From: an uncultured Candidatus Binatia bacterium
GTDB taxonomy: Bacteria > Desulfobacterota > Binatia > UBA9968 > JAJDTQ01
Reading direction: 5' to 3'
Assembly: GCA_965242525.1 (NCBI GenBank)
Contig: OZ251459.1
Span: forward strand, 2,176,001-2,240,000
Length of the DNA stretch: 64,000 nt
The position numbers and the translations under genes are program-made. Positions 26,486 to 35,052 of the stretch are shown here, piece after piece. Each line of letters opens with the position of its first letter. Positions within the stretch are counted from its first letter, which is position 1. The notes under the pieces are model-generated. The model was not told where the DNA came from and did not search any database. It saw only the letters and a list, made by a program, of their open reading frames with translations.

Positions 26486-29400
26486 CTACCGCGGCGCCGC
26501 CAGTAGCATGGCGTCCAGCAGGCGCTTCTCTTCGCTGACCGAAGGGTACAGAGCGGACAGGGCGTTGGCAAGACGCAGGAAGTCGGGGCCGCGCTCGTGT
26601 TCCGCCTTCAGCAGGTTGCGCAGGGCTTGGCTGCGGCCCGATGCCTGCAAGAGCATGGCCGCGTGCACCCGGTCCAGCGTGGTGGCGTCCGGGGCCTGCA
26701 TCTCCGCGTCGTCCGCGATGAGGACCTTCCCCCCGCGGCTTCGGGCGCGCTTCTTCCGGGGGGCAGCCTCCATTTCGGGGAAAAGCACCTGCTGGACGGT
26801 GACCCGCGGGTCGCGTTCCAACCATTCCGCGGCCGTGTCCGCGCCGTCTTCGCCGAAAAGCTGCTTCCCTCGCTCCGTGGCGTTTATCAGCCGCACCACG
26901 CCCTTGTCCGTCTCGATGATCCGTCCCTCCCATTTGGACAGTTCGATGCCCAAGGGCTGGGCCAAGCGGCGCGCCACGTCGAAGACGAGGCTGTAGCCCC
27001 CGGGCTTGTCGCGGGGCGCGTCGTCCGCCTCGTCGTGGTCCTCGTCCTCCGCAACCTCGCCGCTGTCTTCGGAGGCGTCGTCGGCTCCGGTGCTTTGCAG
27101 GGTCCAGAGGAACAGGGCAGTCAGGCGGGTGTCCTCTTCCAGCACCCCGGCCATGCCGTTGCGCGCCTTCGCCTCCGCAGCCCCGAGGACGTTTTCGAGG
27201 GCGGTGCGCCCGACCACTTCCCACACCCGTTCCAGGTACTCCGGCAGGCCCACCTCACGCCCCTCCGCGGTCTCCACCTGCCGGTAGCGGCTGTATATCT
27301 CCAAGGCCGGGCCGATGCAGGCGAAGACCAGGTCCGCGCCCCGGACCCCTTCGCCTTGCAGCCGTTCCATCCATTCGCCCACGCGGATGGGCAGTTCGCG
27401 CAGCACGTCCGCCCAATCGCCCACCGGCGCGTCGTCGAGGCGGGGCCGGCAGACTAGGTGAACGCTGGTGGCCAGGGACGCGGTATCACGCGCATTGAGA
27501 CGAGAACCCATCTCCGTTGCCACCGGCCAAGAGCCGGTGATGGTCCAGCCGCCGCTGATCATCCCGGACAGCAGCGCTTCCCAGCCCTCGGTGGTCTTGT
27601 GGGCGAAGACGACCGATCCGACACCGTCCTGGCGCAGGATGCGCCGCCCTTCGGCAAAAGCCCGAACCATTCCCGATTCGTAGGTCCTTGCCGTCTTGGT
27701 CGAACTGCTGAGCCGATGCGGTCGGTCAACGACGATTTCTTCTTCTTTCGGGGTCAGGTCGTGCGAGCCGGTGAGGTTGCAAAGAGCCATCATTTGTTCT
27801 GGCAAGGCGCGCTTGAGCCAGACCAGGAAGAAATCGGACAAGTGTGCATAGGGAACGGCGTCGTAGTAGGGCGGGTCGGTGAACCAGACACTGGCGGCGG
27901 CGTCGGGCAAAGGATAAGCCTTGGCGTCTGCGGGTTGCACTTGGCCAAGGTTGGATTCGGGCCATGAGTCAATAACATTGGCAATCCAGTCCAGCGCCCC
28001 GGCATAACCGCCAGTGGATTCCGAAAAGGGGTTGCTCTCGCTGTAGTCCCAGACCATGGGGAGAGCCTGTCGAGAATAGACGCCCTCATGCTTCTCGCCT
28101 GATGTATGCCATCGGCATAGCGAGCATCCTGCATTGGCGGTTCGTGTCAACGCCAGCGCCAGAGGTTGTTTCGCCATGTCGTCGATCGTTGGGAACCTCT
28201 GAACGATCGGGACAGGGGGCGTGAGCGCGTCCTTCGACTTCGCTTCGCTACGCTCAGGACGAACGGAGGTCTCCACTTCGCTACGCTCAAGATGAACGGG
28301 CGTCTCTGCTTCGCTACGCTCAAGACGAACGGGGATGGGATGGTCAGGGTGAGGGAGTCCATCCCGGATGTCTCGATTGTTCGGGAGTTTCGTTGATGAT
28401 TTCGTCAATTCCACCAGCGCCGCCTTCTGCCGCGCGGTGAATAGATCGCCCCATGTCGTCATTCCGTAGATTGGTACGCTGATGCGTCGAATCTCGTTCA
28501 GCGAAATCGGCTCGTCCGGCGCCGGACAAGGCCCCTGCCTCCCGCCCCGTTCCCATTCATCGAGAATCCCCGCCAGCCGCGCCTGCGCCTTGTGCACCGC
28601 CGCGTAATCGGCGTCCGTGGGTAGCCGATAGCGCCGGCCAGGCTCATCTTCCTTCAGCGTCACCACCGCGGTCATGCGCGCACCGCCCACGCGCTTCCCT
28701 TTGCCATCGAAGATCACGTCCGCACCGCCGCGCTGCTCGGCAAGTTGCGCCCGCACCCGCTCCGGCGGTAACACAACGCGGCAACACGGGCAGGTCGCCT
28801 TTGCCCGCGTCACCGTGCCCGCACGCACGTCCTTGTCGGTCTTCGGCTCGAAAATCTCCAACTCGACACGCGGCGGCTCCTTGGCCGGCTGCACGACCTT
28901 ATGGAACCTCTGAACAATCGGGACAGGAGGCATGAGCGCGTCCTTCGACTCCGCTTCGCTACGCTCAGGATGAACGGAGGTCTCCGCTTCGCTACGCTCA
29001 GGACGAACGGGGATAGGCGTGTCAGCGTGAGGGAATCCATCCTGGATCTCTCGATCGTTCAGATGTTTCTTGTAGCGGAGCGCCTGACGGCCTCGGACCT
29101 TGATTCGTTTGCCGCCCTCCCTCTTGAAGACCGCCTTCTTCGCAAGCCACAACGACCGTAGCAACGGAATCTCTGCCCCGCAGTTTGGAGCTTCGCACCG
29201 CACCGTGCGCGCCCACAAGTAGGCGATGGGCGTGCTCCCGTCCGGGTCCGCAGGGTAGAGGTCGGCCAGTTCCCGTTCCGCGGCCTGCCTGACCTCGCTG
29301 CCGACCTTGCGCAACTCATCGGCCAGCCCCGAACCGTGGCGCGGGATGTCTTCCAGCATCACCTTGAGGATCAGGCAGGCCACCGGGTTCAGGTCGCTGG

Positions 29401-29884
29401 CGAACGCCTCGCAGCCCAACCGCAATGCTTCCAACGGAATCGAGCCGCCGCCCGCGAACGGGTCCACCACCAGGGGCGGCTCCACGCCGTGGGCCGCCCT
29501 CACCAGCGCCCGGGCCGTTTCGAGCCGGACGCCGTTTGCGGCAAGGCTCCAGTTGGCGAAGTCGGCGATGAACTTGAGCAAGACCCGCCGCAAGCCCTCG
29601 TCCGGCTCGATGGCCTCGCTCCACCCTTCCGGCCGCCCGTGCATCTTGAGGAGGATCCGCCGCGCCTCCTTCTTGAACGCTTCCGGGCAATGCGGGTCGC
29701 ACGGGTCCGGCAGCAGCAGCGCCATCAGCATGGCCCGGGAGGAGGCCAGCGGCCGCCGCGCCCACCACAGGTGCAGCGTGGAAGGGTGCCCGTGCCGGAT
29801 GGACTTCTCCCGCGCCGCGTGCCGCGATACCTCGGCAATGGGGAAGTCCACCTCCGCCAGCCGCCTGCACTCCCTGGGGATCAT
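26486..29884 (-). CDS. DUF1156-domain adenine DNA methyltransferase carrying two in-frame MITE insertions
   Basis: HPSTLHLWWARRPLA, motif I DPFAGGGSIP, motif IV TDPPYY; natural start MIPREC at 29884. Confidence 0.9.
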   Translation of the reverse strand: MIPRECRRLAEVDFPIAEVSRHAAREKSIRHGHPSTLHLWWARRPLASSRAMLMALLLPDPCDPHCPEAFKKEARRILLKMHGRPEGWSEAIEPDEGLRRVLLKFIADFANWSLAANGVRLETARALVRAAHGVEPPLVVDPFAGGGSIPLEALRLGCEAFASDLNPVACLILKVMLEDIPRHGSGLADELRKVGSEVRQAAERELADLYPADPDGSTPIAYLWARTVRCEAPNCGAEIPLLRSLWLAKKAVFKREGGKRIKVRGRQALRYKKHLNDREIQDGFPHADTPIPVRPERSEAETSVHPERSEAESKDALMPPVPIVQRFHKVVQPAKEPPRVELEIFEPKTDKDVRAGTVTRAKATCPCCRVVLPPERVRAQLAEQRGGADVIFDGKGKRVGGARMTAVVTLKEDEPGRRYRLPTDADYAAVHKAQARLAGILDEWERGGRQGPCPAPDEPISLNEIRRISVPIYGMTTWGDLFTARQKAALVELTKSSTKLPNNRDIRDGLPHPDHPIPVRLERSEAETPVHLERSEVETSVRPERSEAKSKDALTPPVPIVQRFPTIDDMAKQPLALALTRTANAGCSLCRWHTSGEKHEGVYSRQALPMVWDYSESNPFSESTGGYAGALDWIANVIDSWPESNLGQVQPADAKAYPLPDAAASVWFTDPPYYDAVPYAHLSDFFLVWLKRALPEQMMALCNLTGSHDLTPKEEEIVVDRPHRLSSSTKTARTYESGMVRAFAEGRRILRQDGVGSVVFAHKTTEGWEALLSGMISGGWTITGSWPVATEMGSRLNARDTASLATSVHLVCRPRLDDAPVGDWADVLRELPIRVGEWMERLQGEGVRGADLVFACIGPALEIYSRYRQVETAEGREVGLPEYLERVWEVVGRTALENVLGAAEAKARNGMAGVLEEDTRLTALFLWTLQSTGADDASEDSGEVAEDEDHDEADDAPRDKPGGYSLVFDVARRLAQPLGIELSKWEGRIIETDKGVVRLINATERGKQLFGEDGADTAAEWLERDPRVTVQQVLFPEMEAAPRKKRARSRGGKVLIADDAEMQAPDATTLDRVHAAMLLQASGRSQALRNLLKAEHERGPDFLRLANALSALYPSVSEEKRLLDAMLLAAPR
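28192..28391. mobile_element. Type A MITE (200 bp) in frame within the DUF1156 gene
   Basis: TIRs, perfect GTTG direct repeat flanks, 204 bp = 68 codons. Confidence 0.92.
28903..29069. mobile_element. Type A MITE (167 bp) in frame within the DUF1156 gene
   Basis: TIRs, TTAT/TTGT flanks, 171 bp = 57 codons. Confidence 0.92.
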
Positions 29885-29886
29885 GA

Positions 29887-30019
29887 GGAACCTCTGGACA
29901 ATCGGGTCAGGGGACATGAGCGCGTCCTTCGACTCCGCTTCGCTACGCTCAGGACGAACGGGAATAGGGGATCAGGGTGAGGGAGTCCATTCCGGATGTC
30001 TCGATTGTCCAGAGGTTCC
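29887..30019. mobile_element. Type A MITE (133 bp) 2 bp upstream of the DUF1156 start codon
   Basis: Perfect TIR GGAACCTCTGGACAATCG/CGATTGTCCAGAGGTTCC. Confidence 0.9.
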
Positions 30020-30029
30020 AGAAATCTCC

Positions 30030-30077
30030 GGATTCCCGCCCCCGCTTCCGCGAGGACATGCTTTCGCGGGAATGACG
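30030..30077. repeat. Second REP-like palindrome class (GTCATTCCCGCGAAAGC...GCGGGAATCC)
   Basis: ATTCCCGC...GCGGGAAT inverted repeat typical of widespread REP/dRS3-like repeats. Confidence 0.65.
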
Positions 30078-30132
30078 AGGGGTGGGGAGGGAGTGTCATA
30101 ACCCATACAAAAGCCGGAAGACCCGTTCCTCC

Positions 30133-31281
30133 TCACTCATTGCTCAATAGCTCACCAAGATCCGTCAATGCGCGCTCCATCGGCAGGGCGACAATATCAT
30201 CCATGTAAAGAGGCGTGGACCCGCCGAAGAACAGGTAGCACTTGGCTGGGGGATAGTCTTTCTTGAACTCCCGGAGCGCTCTCGCATCCCTGGGTTGGAT
30301 CCGGGTGGAGCGCTTGATTTCGATGGCCAGCAGGCCGCGCGGCCCGTACAGGACGAAATCGACCTCCAGGTTGTTTCGGGTGCGCCAGAAGAATATCCGG
30401 TAGCCGTATTCATGGTAGTCGTTGACCGCCCTCAGTTCCTGGAGCACCAGTGTTTCCAGCGCGGGACCGTCCATCTCGGCTTCGGAATCCAGAGGCCCCA
30501 CCGGTCGGATCGCCCGGAACACGCCCGTGTCGAAGAAATAGAATTTCTCGTGCGAGACGAGCTTGCGCTTGGCCCTGCGGGAGAACACCGGCAGGCGCAC
30601 GGCGATCAGCAGGTCTTCCAGGATGGAGAAATAGTTCTCCGCCGCCGAGCGTTCGATGTGCGCCTCGCGCGCGACGGAGCTGATGTTGAGGGTCGCTCCC
30701 TGGGAGAAACTCGCCACTTCCAGGAAACGGGAGAAATGGCCGATGTTGCGCGTCAGGCCCTCCTGCATGACCTCTTCCCGCAGGTATGTCTGCACATAGT
30801 CCTTGAGGTATCTTCCGGGATCGCTTTCACTGAACCGAGCAGGCAAATGGCCGAACTGCAAGGAATCGCGCAGGCGGAAGGCGTCCTGCTGCTCCGTCAC
30901 CGTCAGGGGATGCATGCGGTAGGTCAAGGCCCGCCCGGCCAGCAGGTTGACCCCTCTTCGCCTCAACGTCCTGGCGCTGGACCCTGTCAGGACGAAGTTC
31001 AGCCGGCGGGCTTCGATCAGGTCATGGACCTCGTTCAGCAACGCAGGGATACGTTGCACCTCGTCTATGATGACCCGGTCGGTATGATCCGGAGGAATGA
31101 GATCCCTGAGTTGTCCGGGGTTCGCGGACAGGCGGTTGTAGAACTCTGATTGCAGCAGGTTGACGAAGAGGGCCCGGGGGAGATGGCGCTTCAACCAAGT
31201 GGTCTTTCCCGTCCCCCTCGGCCCGAACAGGAAGAAACTCTTGCGTGATTCCAGGGGTTTCTCGATCAGCCGCTCGAACAT
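30133..31281 (-). CDS. AAA_14 ATPase + DUF4143 protein
   Basis: GPRGTGKTT, IDEVQR, TGSSAR, KFYFFDTG, EVDFV...IEIK. Confidence 0.9.
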   Translation of the reverse strand: MFERLIEKPLESRKSFFLFGPRGTGKTTWLKRHLPRALFVNLLQSEFYNRLSANPGQLRDLIPPDHTDRVIIDEVQRIPALLNEVHDLIEARRLNFVLTGSSARTLRRRGVNLLAGRALTYRMHPLTVTEQQDAFRLRDSLQFGHLPARFSESDPGRYLKDYVQTYLREEVMQEGLTRNIGHFSRFLEVASFSQGATLNISSVAREAHIERSAAENYFSILEDLLIAVRLPVFSRRAKRKLVSHEKFYFFDTGVFRAIRPVGPLDSEAEMDGPALETLVLQELRAVNDYHEYGYRIFFWRTRNNLEVDFVLYGPRGLLAIEIKRSTRIQPRDARALREFKKDYPPAKCYLFFGGSTPLYMDDIVALPMERALTDLGELLSNE

Positions 31282-31419
31282 CAGCAACCCACTCCTGGCG
31301 AATTTGCGCACTATAGACCAATTCAGGGGCAAAATGCAGTCGGAAAGTGAAAAAAGGCCGGATTTTTTCGGGCCGGAAAGCCCGGCGGATTGGCAAAGGG
31401 AACGACGGAGGACGGCGCG

Positions 31420-32775
31420 CTAGTCGCCGGCCACGGTCATGCGCGAGACCTTGACCGTGGGTGAAGCGACCGCGGCCTGGGTGCGGAGGTCGTCGCCGAC
31501 CATCTCGATGCGGTCCAGCATGTCGTTCAGGTTCCCGGCGATGGTGAGCTCGGACACCGGATAGGCCAGCTCTCCCTTGTCGATCCATATGCCCGCGGCG
31601 CCGCGGGAGTAGTCGCCGGTCACCAGGTTGACGCCGAATCCCATCAGGTCGGTGACGTAAAGGCCCTGCTCCACCGAGCCGATGATCTCCGCCACGCCGT
31701 GGGCGCCCGGGGCCAGGTAGAAGTTCATGGGCGCCACGCCGGAGGCGGCGCCCGCGCCCCGGGAGGCGTTTCCGGTGGGCGCGCCGCCGAGCTTCCGCGC
31801 GCTGTAGGCGTCGAGCAGGTAGCTGCGCAGCACCCCGGCCTCCACCACGTGCTTGCGCCGAACCCCCACGCCTTCGGAGTCGAAGGGCCGCGAACCCAGG
31901 GCCGAAGGGATGGCGCCGTCGTCGATGAGGTGGACGAGCTCGGAAGCGACCCGTTGTCCGATCCGGTCGCACAGGAAGGAGGCGCGCTGGTAGAGGGCGT
32001 AGCCGGAAACGGCCTGGGCCACGTGCCGGGCCAGCGACCCTGCGGCGTTGGCGTCGAACACCACCGGGAACTCCCCGGTGGGCGCCTTGCGGGCGCCGAT
32101 GCGGCGGACCACGCGGCGTCCGGCCTCCCGTCCCACCGCTTCGGGAGAATCCAGCCCCCGGCGCGCGCGGGCCGCGGAGAACCAGTAGTCGCGTTCCATG
32201 GAGCCGTTGGACGCCGCCACCGGCGCCGCGGAAAGCCGAAAGGAGGAGGCCGCGTACTCTCCGGCGAAACCCTCGGAGTTGGCGTAGAGTATCCGGTTGA
32301 AGGAGCTGCCGAACTCCCCGCCCTCCGAGTTGGTGATCCGGGGGTCGTATTGCAGCGCGTGCTGCTCCGCCAAGCGCGCGGCCTCGATCTTCTCCTCCAC
32401 GGACATGCGCCGGGCTTCCTCGTCCACCAGGTCCAGGTCCGGCAGCTCCCCGGCGAGGTCCCCTGGGTCCGGCAGGCCGCTGAACTCGTCCTTGGCCGTG
32501 GCCCGGGCCATGTCGCAGGTCTGCTGCAGCAGGCGGTCCAGGGACGCCCGGGAGACGTCCGACGTGGCGGTGGCGGCCGAGCTCCGGCCGAAGAAGAGCC
32601 GCAGCCCGAGCCTCGTCTCGTGGGCTTGGCTGACGCTCTCCACCTGGCCGAGGCGCACCGTCACCCGCACGCCCTCGTGCTGCGTCACGGTCACGTCGCC
32701 CTGCGAGGCGCCGCGCTCTCTGGCCCGGGCCAGCAGCCCGGCCGCCAGTTCCCGGTCTATGGGCAAACGCTCCAT
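31420..32775 (-). CDS. pmbA: TldE/PmbA family protein
   Basis: SRPFDSEG, TGDYSRGAAG, ELTIAGNL. Confidence 0.9.
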   Translation of the reverse strand: MERLPIDRELAAGLLARARERGASQGDVTVTQHEGVRVTVRLGQVESVSQAHETRLGLRLFFGRSSAATATSDVSRASLDRLLQQTCDMARATAKDEFSGLPDPGDLAGELPDLDLVDEEARRMSVEEKIEAARLAEQHALQYDPRITNSEGGEFGSSFNRILYANSEGFAGEYAASSFRLSAAPVAASNGSMERDYWFSAARARRGLDSPEAVGREAGRRVVRRIGARKAPTGEFPVVFDANAAGSLARHVAQAVSGYALYQRASFLCDRIGQRVASELVHLIDDGAIPSALGSRPFDSEGVGVRRKHVVEAGVLRSYLLDAYSARKLGGAPTGNASRGAGAASGVAPMNFYLAPGAHGVAEIIGSVEQGLYVTDLMGFGVNLVTGDYSRGAAGIWIDKGELAYPVSELTIAGNLNDMLDRIEMVGDDLRTQAAVASPTVKVSRMTVAGD

Positions 32776-32778
32776 GCC

Positions 32779-34293
32779 TCAGGCCTGGAAACCGCTCGGC
32801 CCGCGCACCGCGGTGCCGCCCACCACCAACTGGTCGATGCGGATGGTGGGAAGCCCCACGCCCACGGGCACCGCCTGGCCGTCCTTGCCGCACGTGCCGA
32901 TGCCGTCGTCCAGGGCCAAGTCCGCGCCCACCCTGCTGACGCGCCGGAGCACGTCCGGCCCGTTGCCGATGAGGGTGGCGTCCCGCACCGGGCGCGTCAC
33001 CTTCCCGTCCTCGATCAGGTAGGCCTCGTTGGCCGAGAAGACGAACTTGCCGCTGGTGATGTCCACCTGCCCGCCGCCGAAGGAGACCGCGTAGATGCCC
33101 TCCTTCACCGAGCGGATGACGTCTTCCGGGTCGTCCTCCCCCGCGAGCATGAAGGTATTGGTCATCCGGGGCATGGGGACGTGGGCGTAGCTTTCCCGGC
33201 GGCCGTTGCCGGTGGGCTCCATGCCCATGAGCGACGCGTTCAACCGGTCGTGCAGGTAACCCCGGAGGACGCCCTTCTCGATGAGCACCGTCCGCTGGGT
33301 GGGCGTCCCTTCGTCGTCGAGGTTGAGGGACCCCCGCCGCCGGGGGATGGCGCCGTCGTCCACCACCGTGCAGAGCTCGGTGGCCACCCGTTCCCCGATG
33401 CGGCCGGAGAAGGCCGAGGTCTTGCGCCGGTTGAAGTCGGCTTCCAGACCGTGCCCGATGGCCTCGTGGAGCAGGATCCCGGGCCAGCCCGGCCCCAGCA
33501 CCACGTCCATGGGGCCGGCCGGCGCAGCCACCGCATCGAGGTTGACCAGCGCCCGGCGGGCCGCCTCCCGCGCATGGGCCTCCAACTGCTCGGGACCCAC
33601 GCACTCGTCCAGGGCCAGGCGTCCGCCCCATCCGAAATAGCCCGCCTGCCGGTTGCCCCCGGACTCCGCAATGCACCGGACGTTGATGCGCACCAGGGGC
33701 TGCAAGTCTCCCAGCACCCATCCCTGGGACGAGGCGATGAGGACGATCTTGTCCTCCGTGGCCAGGGAGGCGAACACCCCCTTGATCCTTGGGTCGGCCT
33801 TCCGGGCGAACCGGTCCAGGTCCTGCAACAGGCCGACCTTCCAGTCCAGCGGCGCGTCCGAGACGGATCGGGCCGCCGGATACAGGTCGTGCCGCGGAGC
33901 CGGCGCCGCGGGGATCCGCGCCGGCGCGTCGGCCCCACGGTCGTGGGCGATGACGTTGGCCGTCCTCGCCGCGGAATCGAGGTTCTCGATGGTTACGTCG
34001 TCCGTGAACGCGTACCCGGTCCGGGCCTCGACCAGCACCCGCGCGCCCACGCCGTTGGCGGTGGAGACCGACGCATGCTTGACCAGCCCCTCTTCGAGCT
34101 GGACCTGGTCCTGGGTCCGATACTCGAAATAGAGGTCCGCGTAATCCGCCTTCCGCGCAACCGCCTGTCCCAGGACCCGGTCCAGGTCGCTCGCCGTGAC
34201 CCCGAACCGCCGGTCGAAGAAGGCCGCCGGCGACGTCTCGCGTTCGCTCGAAGCAACCTCGTCCACGGCGTTGACGCCGCCCCGTATGGTCAT
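32779..34293 (-). CDS. tldD: TldD metalloprotease
   Basis: GILLHEAIGHGLEADFNR, PMPRMTNT, GTCGKDGQ. Confidence 0.95.
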   Translation of the reverse strand: MTIRGGVNAVDEVASSERETSPAAFFDRRFGVTASDLDRVLGQAVARKADYADLYFEYRTQDQVQLEEGLVKHASVSTANGVGARVLVEARTGYAFTDDVTIENLDSAARTANVIAHDRGADAPARIPAAPAPRHDLYPAARSVSDAPLDWKVGLLQDLDRFARKADPRIKGVFASLATEDKIVLIASSQGWVLGDLQPLVRINVRCIAESGGNRQAGYFGWGGRLALDECVGPEQLEAHAREAARRALVNLDAVAAPAGPMDVVLGPGWPGILLHEAIGHGLEADFNRRKTSAFSGRIGERVATELCTVVDDGAIPRRRGSLNLDDEGTPTQRTVLIEKGVLRGYLHDRLNASLMGMEPTGNGRRESYAHVPMPRMTNTFMLAGEDDPEDVIRSVKEGIYAVSFGGGQVDITSGKFVFSANEAYLIEDGKVTRPVRDATLIGNGPDVLRRVSRVGADLALDDGIGTCGKDGQAVPVGVGLPTIRIDQLVVGGTAVRGPSGFQA

Positions 34294-34409
34294 GCCCACC
34301 TCCTTGTCGGGTCGAGTTCCTCGCAACCAAGGGCCGGTCGCCGCCACGAATAGTCGCTGGCCACCAGGTTCTCGTGGAGTCGAGCAACCCCGCAGGCGAG
34401 GACCGCCCG

Positions 34410-34847
34410 TCAGATCAACTTGACCGCAGCGATGATCACCGCGGCTACGGTGAGCATCAAGCTGACGTTCCACCTGATGATGTCGGCCTTGACCTCGGCC
34501 AAGTCGGACTTGGTTGCCATGGTCCTTTCCATGACTACCACCCTGTCTTCCAGGTTGTGCATCCTGCTGTCCAGATTGTGCATCCTGTTGTCCAGGTCCT
34601 GCATCCTGTCGCTCAGGTGTTGCATCCTGTTGTCCAGATCCTGCACCCTGTCGCTCAGGTGCTGCACCGTGTCGCCCAGGTCCTGCACGTTGGCAGCCAC
34701 GGCCCCCAGGTCGGCTTTGGTGGCCAAGTCGGTGGCGGCTGCGTTGGCGACCGTGTCGAAGATTTCGACCACGGCTTCCGCGGTCTGGCGGGACATGCCG
34801 GTCGTCTCGAGACGGGTGACCGCCTTGTGTGTGTCGATGGCGTGCAT
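34410..34847 (-). CDS. DUF1640/CCDC90-like coiled-coil protein with heptad repeats
   Basis: IDTHKAV, LATKADL, seven 21-bp heptads, ATKSDL, C-terminal TM helix. Confidence 0.8.
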   Translation of the reverse strand: MHAIDTHKAVTRLETTGMSRQTAEAVVEIFDTVANAAATDLATKADLGAVAANVQDLGDTVQHLSDRVQDLDNRMQHLSDRMQDLDNRMHNLDSRMHNLEDRVVVMERTMATKSDLAEVKADIIRWNVSLMLTVAAVIIAAVKLI

Positions 34848-35052
34848 GTCCAGAGCCTACACCCTGTCGGGGAGTTTGGAAAGGGTGGAAAGAGCGTCTC
34901 CCTCGTGCCTGCCGCCCTCCCGTTTCCCGAACCGGATTTGTGTGGTATGAGGGAGGGTTCTTGCAGGGCCGCGCCCCGGGAGACACGCCGAGCGCGTCAG
35001 CTTCCTGTAGCATGGAAGGACGCGGGACGGAACCTGCTTCGAGTCGTCAGGA

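Noticed and set aside
28192-29069. Inteins or self-splicing introns in the DUF1156 gene
   Set aside because: The inserts are only 57-68 aa, lack the intein C/S start and HN end and any group I/II structure, and match intergenic TIR elements with TSDs.
29885-29917. N-terminal extension MSPDPIVQRFL of DUF1156, and similar extensions of the 19129, 21012, 22423 and 59904 ORFs
   Set aside because: These come from reading through stop-poor MITE copies; natural starts lie downstream.
31022-34387. Very long alternative-frame or antisense ORFs (also the 491-3910 N-terminal part, 1432-4032, 15205-17832, 31699-34353)
   Set aside because: They are Arg/Gly/Pro-rich shadows of real genes, caused by high GC and codon bias.
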